DNA of 64,000 bases from Antedon mediterranea (GCF_964355755.1 NC_092674.1:19096001-19160000), one strand, 5' to 3'. Positions 1-15,683 are shown, counted from the stretch's first letter. The notes: generated from the sequence alone by a model not told the origin. Made by a program: numbers and translations.

Positions 1-145
1 TTACATGTGCACTCTAAAGATTGGAAATGATATTTAGGTCACTAAATTTTAAAATGTCATATTGGATTGCAAAAAGATATGCATATATGAAAATTGATAG
101 TTCTATGCAATAGCAGTTCAATTGAAACACGACTAAGAGTATTAA

Positions 146-268
146 TTTTTGGTCGCGTGTAAACGCGTACCGGTACTCTACAGCTCACTCAGTCGGGCGG
201 TTGGTCGGTCAGTAAACACTAACTCAAATTGGCGCACGCAGATGCACCTATGTATATGGCCTTGTTTT
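146..268 (+). mobile_element. Short HINE/DINE-like (Helentron-associated) non-autonomous element fragment
   Basis: TTTTGGTCGCGTG start, GGTC microsatellite tract and GGCCTTGTTTT end; same termini occur inverted at ~23292-23375 and 23789-24543. Confidence 0.45.
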
Positions 269-1499
269 CTAACTATATTAGCATACGCTGAACCACTACA
301 AGTACAAAAATCTCTTTTAGATAATTTGGACAAACTTATTAGAAATGTTAAAAACATGATTCATTTGAAGCTGAGTGACTTTATTTTGGATAATTAGTAG
401 TCTGACTGAATTTGGCAGACGTACCAAGAACAAATATACAGTAGGGCCTATTCAATAACGCTAAAAATGAGTTCAGAGCAAATCATCTTTTTTGTTTTTT
501 TTTTATCTAGAAAGTTTGCTTGTCGATACATGAATTTTAGACGAGCATTGACCTTTGCACTCGTCAGAAAACAGTCTAGTTTAATTCCAAGATATATGTA
601 ACCGATTTTTAGCCTTAATATTTTGTCCTATACACAAAATGATGAAACCGTATCGAGAACCATTTTATCTTTCCAGTATAGGACCAGACAGCTCAGTTTT
701 ACCCATATGCATACAAACATTACACATACTCTTGTAAGCCTACCAGGGGCTTGTATGCAATTGAAATATAAATATAAGTCATGATTGATATAATAATAAT
801 AATAATAATAACTTTATTGAACAGACGCTTTTAGAACAGCGGCACACGTTCATAGTTTAAAGAAAAAGAAAATGAAATGAATTATACAATAGTGAAAAAG
901 TACAACACTTAACTTTTGATGGAGTATAGGCCTATATAAGTATATTTATTTATTATTATTATTATTATTATCAAAATTATTAATATCTTATTGTTTAAAG
1001 AAATTTTATTAGTCTATTATGGATATTATTAAATTTATAATCTTTTATATTATTTATTATTATTTTATTATTTATGTTCTTGTTAATACTGTATTATTAT
1101 TATGAAAGTAAATCGTGGTTTGTAATTTATTTACAGTGGTACTATTTTTATTATTATTTATGTTTGTATTTTATTAACATTTTAAACTTAGAACAATCAT
1201 GATTTATGTTTTGAGAGTTATAATGAATATAAATGTTTAAGAAGAAACCTCCATGTAACAGTTAAGTGTTGTTTACAGTGATAAAATAATTAATAATATG
1301 AAAGGCCTAAAATAAACCAAACTTAGCATTTGTAAAAAAAAATTAACAAATTAAAGTATGAAAATAAACTTTAAATCAATGAATACAGTAAACACAAATA
1401 GTAATTTAAAAGATTTACAGAGATGTACACCAGTCTTTCTCTGCAACATTAAATACAATATATAGTGAAAATTAATAAACAAAATTATAAAGCAACAAT

Positions 1500-1960
1500 G
1501 CAAATTAGCTCTTTTTTAACTCGGATCTTTTTTTCCAGGCAACTTTAAGAAAATTCTTACAGTATTTGTCAAATGTAGTTTTTCATTAACATCAGCATTT
1601 ATAAAATGTTCCCATGTTGCAGACTCATCCAAATTTTCAAGGTCATTATTTAGCTTCACTAGTTAGATCTCCCTTATAGCATTAAAAGCTTGGCAATTAA
1701 ATAAAAAATGCTGTACATTTTCTATTTCACCACTCTGACATATAGTGCAGTGGCCAGATATTTCTTTAAACCATTTACAGGTTCGTCCATCTAGAGGTAA
1801 AGTGTTGGATCTTAATTTAAATTTTAAGCTTGCACCTGTGAAATTGGTTTTATCAAGAAGATAACTCTCAAGGCTAGGACTTTCTTTTAGTTTGGAGTAA
1901 TCTTCAAGGGATTTTTGCTTTTTATATTCACTTTTTTTTCTCTTATAAATTTATCAACCC
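1500..1960 (-). mobile_element. Degenerate LINE ORF2 C-terminal fragment
   Basis: Minus strand reads ...LEDYSKLKESPSLESYLLDKTNFTGASLKFKLRSNTLPLDGR..., followed by a frameshifted Cys/His-knuckle-like region typical of non-LTR ORF2 ends. Confidence 0.55.
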
Positions 1961-2164
1961 ATTTCCTTTACATTTTTTCATTCACTTTTGTTTGCCTCTT
2001 GAATATTATGCCCACTAAACTTTCTAATTATTTTATAGCTAATATACGCATCAGAACAATTAACATTATTCTGCATGACTTCCACTACTAACTCACTTCC
2101 CTTTAACAACATAACAGATGACGATCTCCTTCACATTTTAAATCCTGTTATTTTATAAAACTAA

Positions 2165-3620
2165 ACCTACAATGATGATCCTTCCTAAATTCTTTTCTCT
2201 CCGTTTGATTTTAATCTAAATGGTCGTTCTAAATCCAATAACAATCTCGATACGGATCACATTAAGTCGTGTAACTATTTTTCAATAAATTATTTCAATC
2301 TTAAATATGTAGGCCTAAATACCAATTCTTCTCTTAGCATTTTTCATCTAAATGCCCGTAGTCTTATAAAACATTTTCGGGTAATTGAATATTTTTTAAG
2401 TGCCTTTAATTTTGAATTCATTGCTTTATGTTTCTAAACTCCTTAATTCTATTCTTTTTGCCGACGATTCGAACATCATTCAGTCCAATCAAAATATTAA
2501 TGTTCTATTTGAACAATTAAATTTCGAACTCAAAACGGTATCCAACTGGTTCAAAACCAACAAATTATCTTTAAATATTTCTAAGACCAACATTATAATT
2601 TTCTCACGCAAAAATACTAAATCTACCCATTCAAAACACAACTTTTTTATTGACAACACTGGAATTACACGAGTTCAAGAAACTAAATTTTTAGGAGTTA
2701 CCATTGACTCCAAATTGTCATGGAAATCACACATTAATAATATTATTAATGTCGTGTCAAGAAATATAGGTGTAATCAACAAATTGAAACGTTATCTTCC
2801 AATTAATATACTCTTTATTTTATACAATGATTTAGTACTTCCCTACATTTCTTACTGTCATATTGCCTGGTCCGGTCCACTAAATAAGTTCGGAAACTTA
2901 TGCCCCTGGACAAGCTTCGAAACCACTCATATTGACGGTTTATTTAAATTACAAAAAAGAGTAATTCGAATCTGTTTAGGGGCTGATTTCAACTCTCATT
3001 CTAAGCCCTTATTTTATAACCTGAAGGTCCTAAATATTTTTGACATCAATAAATTACAAACTGCTATCTTTATGTTTCGATTATCACAAAACTCTCTTCC
3101 AACCAATATCACTTCCCTCTTTAGCAAACCATCCACCACCTATCACAATTATCCAACTCGTTTTTCATCATCTAATTTTCACCCAAAATTTCGTCCCTCA
3201 CTAATTACTAGTAACTCTATACTATACCTTGGCCCCAAATTATGGGAACAACTACCAATTCAGCTGAAATCTAAGATGTCCGTAGCCAGTTTTAAAATCA
3301 CCTATAAGCAATCACTAATTAACAACTACATTTCCTAATTTATCTTTTTTGAAATCTTTTTTTGTTGATTTTACAGTAAATAACCATGTATTAGTTAGTT
3401 TTAACTTTTTTGGCATAATTATTTGATAACATTCAATGTTTTTTATATATTTTTTTCCTCATAATATTTTTTTGGGTCAATAGTTTAGATTTATTAACTG
3501 TTCAGGTGGTCAATGCTTAAAGTAATTTTTAATTTTTTTGATCTCCTTTCACACATCTTTTTTTTTTAATAGTTCATATATCTGTTCCTTTTGTTCAATG
3601 TGTGGAAAATAAATAAATGA
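2165..3620 (+). mobile_element. CR1/L2-group LINE, internally deleted ORF2 (EN start fused to RT C-terminal half; ORF 2400-3338) plus 3' UTR
   Basis: SIFHLNARSL endonuclease start at ~2336-2365; then LFADDS, WFKTNKLSLNISKT, KFLGVTIDSKLSWKSHI, LQKRVIR, GPKLWEQLP; T-rich UTR ending AATAAA at ~3610. Confidence 0.9.
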
Positions 3621-3899
3621 AACAAACCCAAAAAAACCCATTATTATGTCATTACACTTGTCTATATTTCTAATTAGTACTTCTTCGGTCCGATTTGATC
3701 ATTATCAGAATAAAAAAATGCACTATCACATATTCTTATTAAATCACAGGCAATAGATGCTGGTATGCCCTTTACATAGCATAAGAAAGAAGAGGACCCC
3801 ATATAAAATTGTTCTTGCTTCTTTTTTTTCACATAGGCCTACAAAAAAACCCATTTAAACAAAAGCAAAATTACAAAAATTAAAGTAAGAAAATAATAA

Positions 3900-5620
3900 A
3901 GCACTCATAATTACCAACTATATCCCTTAAGCAAGATCTACAATAATCTTAAATCTGTTTAATATGAACTTAAGGTTTGACATAAGGTACATTCTTTTTT
4001 TATTCTGCAGGCATAAATATAATATTTTGTTAAAAAGAGAAAATAATTTGCAAGCCTTTGTCCCCAAAACTAATAATTTCATTATTTAGATTAATTAAAT
4101 TTAATGTTCGTTCAGAAATAAGGTTTTCAACAAATATCCATAAAGGATGTTACAATACACAAACATGAAGTAAATTGCTTTTCTCTTTTCAACAAAAGAA
4201 ACACAAGTCAGATTTAGTTAATCCGATCCTAATCATTTGTAAAAATAATTTTGTGAAGGTATTTAAATTGGAAAGCTTTTACTTTACCATCAATTTGTAG
4301 CTTATGGAGTAACAAAAAACAGTTTTTAAATCAAAATTGCCCATGTTTGAGCATTTCAAATTTACTTCATTGATGTCGTTAGTACATCGTTTGCTACAAT
4401 AGTGTGATATAATTTATTAAATGTTCTTTTAATTTTAAATACAGTTTCATGACAATACATATCAGCTTTATTAAATATTTCTTGGTTTTCATTGATAGGC
4501 CTAATTACCTTCCAGTTCATTGGGATAGAATGCAGAATTGCACTATACAAAAGAAAGTCAATTTTAATTCCATAATTTGTTAGTTATATATTTAATAGTA
4601 CAAGTACCTACATTCCACCACAAGTTTTGGATATTGAAAGTTCCAAAGTGCATACATATTTCATTTGCAATACATATTTAATGGTATACACTCCAGGCTA
4701 GCATTACATCTCTATAAAATTTGGATAATTTTGTAAGCACAGGAGATCTTTTAGAAAAGTTAATATGTAGTCCATCTGTCCAAGACAAATTCTTGGTACA
4801 GTCAATTTTAAAATTGATATTGGTAAAAGTGCCTAGTCTTAAAATATTACTTTTTCAAAGTTGACATTTAGACCAGAAAATTAAAAGTTATCAAGAATTT
4901 CGATTGCTGTATTCACTGAATATTCATCCTGCAAGAAGAACACAGTATCATCTGCTAGTTGATTTATTCTTATATCAGTATTTGTAATATAATAATTTGT
5001 AATTCTGCTGCAATTATAAATAAATATGGAGATAAGGGCCAACCCTAACATAGTCCCATCGATGGTTAAATAATTCGAGGTAAAGCCATTATTATACACA
5101 GCTTAAAATATCAAAAACATTTTTTTGTATCATTTCTCCAAAGCCAAATTTGTCGAGGAATTCCTCAACAAATTTCCACTTTATCATATCGATCATTGTT
5201 TCTGACAATTTATTATTTACAGATACCTTTTGCATCCTATTCGAAAGATATGATTTAAACCAAGAGCATTTATTCTTACTAATTTACATAATAATAATTA
5301 AACGCTTTTTTATATATCTAATAAGAACATACCAGTGTATGTGTACGAGACGTTTACTTTCTAATTATTGTATGTCGATTAAATAAATTAAAGACGTGTC
5401 AGTTAAATAAGAACATCTAAACCCTGATTGAAGAGTATATACAACAAATTATTTTCTACTAATAAGTAAATTTAAAAAAAAAAACAACTTTCTCTTTCGA
5501 ATGTTTTGAGGCAGCTAACAGAATACTGATAAATCTATTATTGTCAGCAGCTAGAGATTTCAACCCTTTATATACTTTCACTCATTACTTGTTTCATTTC
5601 ATCTGGAAATATTCCAGAAT
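3900..5620 (-). mobile_element. Highly decayed Tx1/L1-like LINE
   Basis: IRINQLADDTVFFLQDEYSVNTAIEILDNFSGLNVN RT motif (4860-4980) and further frameshifted ORF2-like segments. Confidence 0.65.
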
Positions 5621-6189
5621 CTACAAATTTATTTACTGGTTGTTATACCTGTACTCTTATTCTGTTTACAATTTCTACAGTAAAATCTACTTCTATTTCT
5701 TTTAATGTGAAGCTACAACTGTTTTTATAATAGCCTTACAAATGTCTGAGGTTATTATATAAGTTTTTGCACTAAGGTAAATCTTGTTTTTTGTGTGCAT
5801 TTTCTGTGAAAAATGCAATAAATTTGTTGCATTCATTATTATTGCATATATATTTCCATTAAGTTTTAGAGAAATGTTGTGTTCTTCCTTCTGTTTTTGT
5901 TTGATATCCAAGGTCTTGGATGCATTTCCATAGTTTCTTTGGATTATTTTTGGTTTTTTGGTAATTTATTTTTCATATAGCACTGTTTTGCTTGTTTGCA
6001 TCCTTTGTTAATCTTATTTCAAAATTGTGTAAGTATTTTATTATTTTATCTTGAGTTTATCTTGATTTTTCCAACAGTTTATATCTTTCTGAGAAGGCAG
6101 CAATGAGTTCTGGCTTTATCTAGGGTTTGCTTGATTCGAGATCCCTGTTATATGCAGTCTGAATGTTGTTCTTTAAAAATATGCCTCTA

Positions 6190-6370
6190 TCAACTTTCAT
6201 GTAACATGCATACAATACAATTGACAATATGTATGTTTTTATGAGTCGTACTTTGGTAGCCATATTATTATTTCTGTTTTGAAGTGTATTTCTCATTTCC
6301 ATGAATGTATTCTTTGTTTGTGCTATTCGACTTTTCACAGTATAACTTCTTGCATCTCTGTTATACGCCT
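6190..6370 (-). mobile_element. RTE-clade LINE fragment in the 3' UTR region of the adhesion GPCR
   Basis: VKSRIAQTKNTFMEMRNTLQNRNNNMATKVRLIKTYILSIVLYAC matches the conserved post-RT segment of RTE ORF2. Confidence 0.7.
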
Positions 6371-6537
6371 CATGCAATGTAGGATGACCGATCTCTACTG
6401 TGTCCCTAGGCTGATCCCTTAACCTGAATTTAATTATTGCCATTTTTTTCAAATCACGGAAAAGATTTTCAACATTATGGATTGGCGATACTTTTCGGTG
6501 GTGGCAGTTAAATTCCAAAATTTCAAATATTTCTTGT

Positions 6538-9500
6538 TTAAGATGCTGATGTTCTTATAGTGAAAACCTGCAATTAAAAAAAAAACATTTTATAGATAAA
6601 TAAATATAGAAAATGTAAAAAGTTACATATTTTACTAATGATTTTAGAAGATGACTTGATTGATTGAATGCAATTCGGAGTGGGCCTTTTCTTTACGTAG
6701 TCTGAGAACACCGTCACCACAACAGTTTCTAAATTAGTAGTTAATTCTTAATTAAGTAGTTAATTTCACGAACACATTGCTACGTTCCCTAGAGATATAA
6801 GGTATAAGTTATTTTTTTTCTTTAGGCCTACGTCATTTTCGTATTCATTAAGTTGGAATCATGAGATTGTTTTGTTATTCATTGATTTTTTTTTTTTATT
6901 TCGGATAGTACACCCATACAAAACATACAATATAAAGCAACCAGAAACTTATAACAACTTCCAACCTAAACCAACTTAAATATACATTTGCACCAACTGA
7001 AGATGGCAGCAGAACTCTACAGTACTTAGACAATTACCTCTTGCCCCGAATCTCGGACTGAATTTGACCACTGGATATTTGACTGGAGTTGACCCAACAT
7101 TTTCCTTCTGTCAAATAATTTTTTCCATTCCTCTTTTACCTTTGTATGTAAGATAAAACTATATTTTATAATGTTATGGCGATGGTGATGATAGGAATAC
7201 GATGCTACAGACGGTTATAAAGACCATGGAGGTATACCTCCATAATAAGGACGACGATTAATGGCTTTTTAAATCTCTTATCTCATGCAGTTTCTTTCTT
7301 TCATTAACGGTGATTTTTGTTTAGTTTAAATGCCATTTCTTGTGTGTGGATTGCTTTAATATTGATATTAAGATTGATTTTGACCCTTAAATAAATGAAT
7401 GCTGGTGATAAAGTACAATTATGACAAAGACAATAGAATGGCGATGATAATGGCAATGATGACGACAAAGGTGATTGGCGATTATGATGATGACGATGAT
7501 AATGACAATAATGGCGACGATGACGATGATAATATGATGATGATGGGTAATTAATGTTATGAATATGATGGTGATGGTGATGATAATGATGATAATTTAC
7601 AACGTATACCTTTTGATCTAATACACAGTAACAGATGAAAATAAAAACACCCTGCATTGAATTAAGTATAGTGTAGAGATAAACGAGAAACATGCTATTG
7701 GCTAGGACTGCAAAAGGACCGATGATCCATGTAATTCCAAGTATAGGAAACAACAACAAGATTCCTTTGAGTGTTGATCTGAAATTGAATAAGATTTTAA
7801 TATTAAAAATATATTTTTAATAATTATGATGAAATTGATACTAAGATCATAAGGATTTCCAAAGTCGAAAAACCACACACATAGATGCCGTAATAAAAAA
7901 GCACTGATCTTTTTACAAAATGGAACTAAAATTGTCAATTAAAACACGGTATCAGGATTTATTTGGCCAATAACTGAAAGAGATAACTATGAGTAAGACA
8001 TTTACTATATTTTATACTTAATTTGCGACAACGCCTAAAATATTTACTTTCTTTAGGACTCATATGTAGACTAGATAGGCATATGTACCTTAATTGTTTA
8101 TATTCAGTTTGAAGTTTCTCCGACTTTTGCGTCATTGGTCCAGCTCGAGAGTATATAATTATCAACATTTTTGTTAAAATAATCACATTTATCTGTAGAG
8201 AAATGAATAAATATTATTATTTCATTAGACCAAAGAATATTAAGCCTTGATAGCCCTAAGTTGCAATTTGTAGAATTAAAGAACTTTACAAAAATATAAT
8301 ATATTGTATTGTATTGTATTGTTTTTTTTTACATAACCGCATAATGAATTAAGAAATTATGAATAATATTTAAATGTCGTCTGAATTATAATATACTCAG
8401 TATACAAATAATATATACAACATTCCTTCGGAAATAAATATTAGTTCAAGCAATCATGTGTGTAATGATAGTGATGGTAGATTACCAGTGTAACAGCTAT
8501 TATAGGAGTTACAGCAGCCCATTTTCCACTCTCACTCAACCAGCACCTACCAAAAGAATAATAATATTAAAGCATCTAACAATTTTTATTCGTATTATGT
8601 TATTTATAACCTTAAATTATATTATAGACGATCGAAGTAAGTATTAGTATTATTTATTTCTTTACAAGAACAGAATAAAAACCAAAACAGCATAATATTA
8701 TGAATGAACATAAATACATTGAATAATACAAACTTAAAACTAAAAAAATTAAACATGGAAAGCAGGGAATAACCCTTTAAGCCCAAAGGCTTATTTCCAA
8801 AGTGGTCCCAACGGATGACCGATCGTAGGCCTAACCGTACCTAGATGTTAAATGAAATTATTATTTTATTCAATTTCTTTTTTTTAAATCAGTTGTTTCC
8901 AGATAAACTAAGAAAGGTTAAAGCATTTTAATAACATTGAACATTCATCCATTAGTGAAAAATAACGACAAAAGCTTACACGTCTCTAGAGAAATAATGG
9001 CTTTTCCCTATAACTAGGGTTATCATAACGATTATAACTGGTAAAGAGTATGCCCCTATAAAGTGGTATTTAAACTTGTTGTATTTGCTTGGTGTTTTCT
9101 TGATGACTTTGAAGACTAGATAAACAGCTTCTGATAACATCCACGTGAAGACACACATAAGCTCAAAATGCATTACGATAGACGCTGCAATGCATACATT
9201 CTAAAAGCAAAATCATTTGGGTTATCATTAAAAGAATGTATGCCTCTGAGTTAATATCAATTTTGTGATTAAATTTAAATTTCTAAATTCATCAAAAGTC
9301 TAATGAAACAAAAAATAATTTGAAAAAAACTGTCCCCGTAATATAGTGGAGGCAGCATCGTCTGGCAACATTGCAAAATTTTGCTTCACAGTATTGTACA
9401 GTAATACGGTAGTCTGTTTAACCAAAGGAAAATACATAAATTATTCTGGTTTAGAAAGGATAAATAACACACGTAGATAACACAGATGAAATAAAATATT

Positions 9501-12500
9501 GTACAAAAAAAATTTAAATACTTTCTGTAATAACGTCGAAGACAGTAACAAACGCTAATGTGCCTCATTTATATACCCGATTCACAATGCTGTATTTCAA
9601 CATACTACTGTATTTGCTCAATATCATAGGAATATTTGTTCTGTTTGTTTTGTTTTGTTTTGTTGTATTTGTTTGTATTACCAAATATTGATATGATACT
9701 AGAGAAATCTAAATACAGTATCAAGAATCGGGTGCATTTATCGTATAATGAGCGTCGTCTAACCAATCATCTTCACGCTAAACCTCACAAACACTATCAG
9801 GAGCACCACGACGACATAAACTATCGCCTCCGACATAGTACAGTTTCATTTCGTAATGGTGTAACCACTGGGTAAATCAACCAAAAAAAAGCACATACTC
9901 GACTCGAATCCCACTAATTGTCCGTTATTATTTTAAAAAGCTTAATAAGCACAAAACTCCTACCTGACTGTCGGTTTTGTCGATAGCAGAAAGAAACACT
10001 ATATCAAACAAAATAATGTTAAACATCAACTGCATATGTATTTGATGCCGCAAAGATTTCCACAGGTTTCTGAAAATAAATTACAAAAGTGTCTTTGTTT
10101 GAAACCTGATGTTTTACCTACAAGGAAATGGTTCAACAATGGACCTACGTGAAGGGGAGAAAACAACCAAAATTAAGAAAGCCGAATTAAAAATTATACA
10201 TTTTCGGAATTTATCAAAATTTACAAAACAAAACACCCTCCATCACCGCCTTCAAAAAATGCATCAGCGATTATAAAATGTTAATGAAAATGTTCTATTG
10301 AAGTGTTAAAAAAATAAATAATTATCACTACCTTAATATTAAATACACAATGATGGCAATGAATAACATTATTGACGATAGTACCATTCCGATTTTTGTG
10401 ATCCAGGTTAAGATAATTTCATCAACAACCTGAATAAAACAAATTATGATTAGACAAATTTAAAATGGTTAACTTTTATTTAAAATATGTAAGTCTAAAT
10501 GTAGGCTAAAGCAGGCTTACAAAAGCTTCTAATTTATCTGGTTTACATTAATTAAAGTAGTAATTCTTTTATTATTAGATGCTTACCGAGGTTGTTGTGG
10601 GTGAAACTTCAAATATGATAATGAAACTTGTCAAGTGATTGCAATTACATGTTGCATTGTGTTCAGCCATGATATCTGGTGAATAGCATCCATCAGATGA
10701 CCAACTAGATCAACATAATAACATATGTAACGTGTCTTTCTGCCACCCGACCGGTTACCACTCGGCCTTTTACCACCCGGTCATTTCCCACCTGGCCTTT
10801 CTGTCACTTGGCCATTTGCCACTCGGCCAATTGCCACCACCGGGCATTTGGCACCCGGCAACATACCTGGTGACAAAAGCGAAATGAACGGGGTGGTAAT
10901 TAGCCGTCGTGGCAATAGGACGGTGGCAGAAGACCGGGTTGTGAAAGACCAGGTGACGAAAGGCCGGGTGGCAAAAGGTCAGGTGGCAACGGGCTGGATG
11001 CCGCTATTCTTATTTCCCAGATAGTGGCTCTTTCATTTTAATTACATTTAAGTTTGTATTTGGTAGACCAGTTACCAGTACCCCAGTTTGGCTATAATTG
11101 TTTTTATAGTGAGATATTATTTAAAGACTCAGATTAAGTTAACATTTATGATCAACAGGCATGATAATACTCTCAGGCTGTTTATTGTCGCTGGACACGA
11201 TACCTTAAGTATATTCCAATTTAAAATAAACATGTTAAAACACTATTTATCGATGGTTTATGCTGATGAACAGCACTAAAATATAATAGTAAATGACGTC
11301 TCTTTCTCACTTATATTTTATTTATGTTTTATGTAAAAATGTCCTGCAAAAACAGAATTGTAAACTTCTTTATCGTTGCTTATCAAATATATACTGTACT
11401 GTAATTGTAAAGTTTTAAACGAAATAAATAAATGTGATTGAAAGAAGTGAAATGCGTTGATACACATGTGTCAAGGAATCAATAGTAGACCTGATTTCAA
11501 ATCAGAAAACTGTATGTTTTGTTTGTTACCTTTTCTCTCTTTGTAGGAATGCACACACAGGTGTTACAGTACTCTTTTCGGAATATTCAGATATAATCTG
11601 TGAATGACAAACAGGGCTAAAAAGTAAATCTATAAATGTCTGGTATTTGATCAGATTTTTTGTTGTCAAATTATTATTACCAACCAATTGCTCGCCCAGT
11701 GGCGCCCAATATCTATTTATGATTTCTGAAACATTTTGTTGTTGCAAACTAAATATAATTCGCAGATTTATCTTCGGAGTTGTTTATGGGATTAAATATA
11801 GGAATGGAAGCAATAATAAACATAAAATAACTTAGAAAAAAAAAACAAACAACAACAAACCCAACGAACATTTTCAGTATAAGTTGGCAAAGAGAAGTTT
11901 ACAGCTGCGTTTACTTTATCTGTCATATGTTTGTAAGCTGTAATTGATAAAACACCACTGCCTTTGAAGTATTCTGTCAGGTCTCCTTCAATGTCACTTT
12001 GGAAAAAAAGATCAACAAAGATGGCGTTATGAGTTTACTGCTAAAATGTTACAGAAAAATGATAACGTCATCAAACGTTCAAAATATCAATTGTTTAGGG
12101 TTTCTATTGTTTGGAATGGTATATAATATACGCACATTTCCCTCTTTTAAAAAGGTTCTGAGTGAGTCCAAATTATAATAGATCATGCTTTACAGTAAAT
12201 ACTTAATGCCATAACGCACAAACTATAATTATTGTTACACATCTGCATAGTAGTATAATAATGTCATGTCATATTTTAATTCAACAAACACTGGATACTG
12301 TACTTACCTATCTGCCATGTTTATTTTTTCTGTTACTTGATGATCTCCACTCATAAATACAACAGCCACCGATATTTCTTCTAGGAAAAGGAAGATACTT
12401 TCAGATATTTATTTAAAAAAAATATAATTTACAATTTTTATTATGTATTTATTTTGTTATATAGTACCGTATATGTTATGCGTGAATAATTTTGGAGGTA

Positions 12501-15500
12501 TAAATTATGTGAATTAGGGGTAAACATCTGACGTAATTGTAGCCAAGTTTAAGAGAATACCAATAATTTTCATGCCGCAGACTCGATTTCCTTTTTTGGC
12601 TCGAGTAAGCCAGTAAGCAAATGGTCGTACTTAGCAATACGTTGTTTGGTAATCTTCCTCCTAATTGTATAAATATGTTGTTGTATGTGATCATTACTCC
12701 GTTCTAACCTGTATTTTGAATCGGTACATCTAGAGAAAATAATACTATTTCACCAAGCAAATCTATCTGATACTCTTTGTTGCTGTTATTTCCATCCAGA
12801 TGAAAAGCAAGGTAGTCTAATATAAAAATAAATCGGTATTATGTTTGTGAACTGTGAACGCATCGTGGGATCAAATGAGATACATGGACAGATAAAAACT
12901 AATAACTATTGATATTACATACGATTTGTTTGCTTACATATCTTATCAGTTGAATGTTCGTAAACCGACATATTGGAAGATTCTAATTCTTGTAACAATA
13001 CAATATCAACATCATCCATCGCATTGAGAAGAGTTTCATATTCCTAAAGATTAATAATACAACGGCAATTGAACAAGAATAAATAAGGTATACCGACAAC
13101 GAATAATTTTTAAAAAAATATTTTTTTCATAATTTAGTTCAGACAAACAAAAAATACAATTTTTTGGGGGAAAAAAAAAGAAAAAATAACTAGGCCTAAT
13201 AATGAGAATACATTTTTTATAAAAAGAAGGAAAACTTCTATATCGCTACCCCTAAACAGTACTTAAACATTTCTTTCTTAGGCGGTTATGGAATTCGGAT
13301 AAAAAAGGAAATTTAATTAATTACATTTATGAATAAATGAAACCGAATTCTTAAGTTATTACTTTCAAGCCATTTTCTATTTTATATAATTTCTAGTTAA
13401 AAACAAACACAACATTAACAATGTGGGTAACCAAACGTGTTTAATTAGAGGACATGCAGGCCTGCTGTCGAGTAAGGGCAAAATTCGGTAAATCGCGCGT
13501 TATTTCTAGAATGTTTACTCGATGATATATAAAGTGGGTTCGTACTTTCGGTACTGATTTTAACCGCCTGATGTAACCCTGTTTACTAATTAAATTGAGT
13601 TCGATAATTAGTTATTGACGATTAAAACGAATTTAGGTTCAACGATTTGCCCCAAATAGGGGTGTTTTTCGATCGTGGTATACACTGTCTAATGGATGTC
13701 CGTCTTGAAAAATACCCGCAGACGATAATACGAGGATGCTTCGCATTTTCCTATCTCCTCCTACGATAATTGTTTTTAATGGCTGAAAACCGGTTGAACA
13801 GCTCGAGTACAGCATCATAATGTTGAAGACAGGCCGATTTTCTTTAAAAAATACTATTTTGATAGATTTAATATACGTTTATACAAATGTATTGATTTGC
13901 GATGAATGGAACATTCCAATCTCTGTTCCACAATTGTCTATTCCCTCAGGCGTCGTAAAGGCAAGTACTGTATACTCATAACAGAAATTCGATCCATTTT
14001 TTTTTCAATCTGTGCTGCAGAGGTTGGATATAATTTTGTTCACGCTGCTGCTCTAGCCCGCTACGTCCCATTAGGACTACTCAATCAGAAGCTAAAGCAA
14101 GCAGCAGTTATAGTTCTAAGGACAGACAGTTTTGTGAAAATGGAAACTCCACTATGATTTATTGATTCCAGCTGCTACAGTAGACCCAAACGTCTGGGAA
14201 AGAGTCTATTAGGACATGTCATGCTAAAATTACAAATCCCTAAGCATTTCTGGTATATTCACTGTCAGATATTCATTGAATTATTATCGAAACAGTCCAT
14301 TAAAGTTTGTGTTTGTAATAGGATACTTCACGATTGAAATATCTAGGGTGATGAAGTGACCCCCAGATTTGACCTTAGCAATAAAATTAACGAAAGTGAC
14401 AGAAATTGAGTTGAATTGCTTCTCAACGTTTGTATTAATTAATAATTACAAAGAATATAAACGTTGTAGTGGTACGTATATCGTTACATGTACTATGCTA
14501 TTTCAATCGACTATGACAGTGACAGTTTTAACAAAGTATTAAATCGCAAATGGGTTACTGTATCAAGTGGTATATTAATTATAGGCCTATCAAACATGAA
14601 AAACATATTTCGTTAGGTAATAAGCTCGCTTCGCTCGCGTACCATCTAGTATGAATAATTATGATCAACCTCAAGTCAATGGTAAAATCATTTAAATTAA
14701 GTTGTGTTGTTGTGTCAAACTCTAGTAAATTGATCCTATTGTATAATCCTACTTTAGAAGTCAAATCAATCTATAAAAACATATTCAATTTTGGAGTATA
14801 ACACGATCTTATATATAAATAATAAATAATAATAATAGTTCATTCTTATATAGCGCATTATAAGCAAGCTCTCAATGCGCTGCACATTTATTACCCCGGT
14901 CATTTTTTGGATCATGCACGTATGGAAACATACCCCATAATAATGTAGCTAGTAATCAGCGCAAAGTTGTGTCTTGATCTAAGTGGTACCCATTTTGTAC
15001 ACCTGGGTGGAGAGGCAAATGTAATTAAAGTGTCTTGCCTAAGGATACAAGCAATGCGTCGAGAGTTGGATTAGAACCACAAACTCATAATCAGTATTCC
15101 AACGTTCCAACATACTGCGCCACATGCGCTCACATAAATACCTTTTTTATAATGTAGGCCCATTGAAACATCTTGTGAAATATTAACAATATTATAACTT
15201 ATCTATTTTTTATTTATAAAAGGAAAAGGAAATGGCAATAATAGAGGTAGATGTTTCTCACGTCAAAAAAGCAACCTTTGGCGCTTGGTTAAAACCACCT
15301 GCTTACCAGAATACATAGAGGTTGGCCATTCTCGTTAGAAATCTTGTGATCAGTAATTTCTTCCAATGTACAATTGGTAATAGATGTTGTTGGTTCTCCT
15401 GAAAACAAGTAATATATTATCTATCGAAATAGTAGTAGTAGCAGTAGTAGTAGTAGTAGTAGTGGTAGTGGTAGTAGCAGTGGTAGTGGTAGTGGTGTTG

Positions 15501-15611
15501 GTGGTAGTGGTAGTGGTAGTGGTGGTGGTGGTGGTGGTGGTAGTGGTAGTGGTGGTAGTGGTAGTGGTAGTGGTAGTGGTAGTGGTAGTAGTAGTAGTAG
15601 TAGTAGTAATG

Positions 15612-15665
<54 letters not shown>

Positions 15666-15683
15666 ATGGTAGTAGTAGTAGTA

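Noticed and set aside
6120-6518. RTE fragment exonised as receptor C-terminus
   Set aside because: The phase-0 acceptor at 6567 gives VFTIRTSAS* in another frame, so the RTE piece falls in the 3' UTR
7304-7609. His-rich C-terminal tail for the adhesion GPCR
   Set aside because: A GT donor at 7609 splices to an exon encoding the expected helix 8 (VKEEWKK); the His run is an intronic (CAT)n repeat
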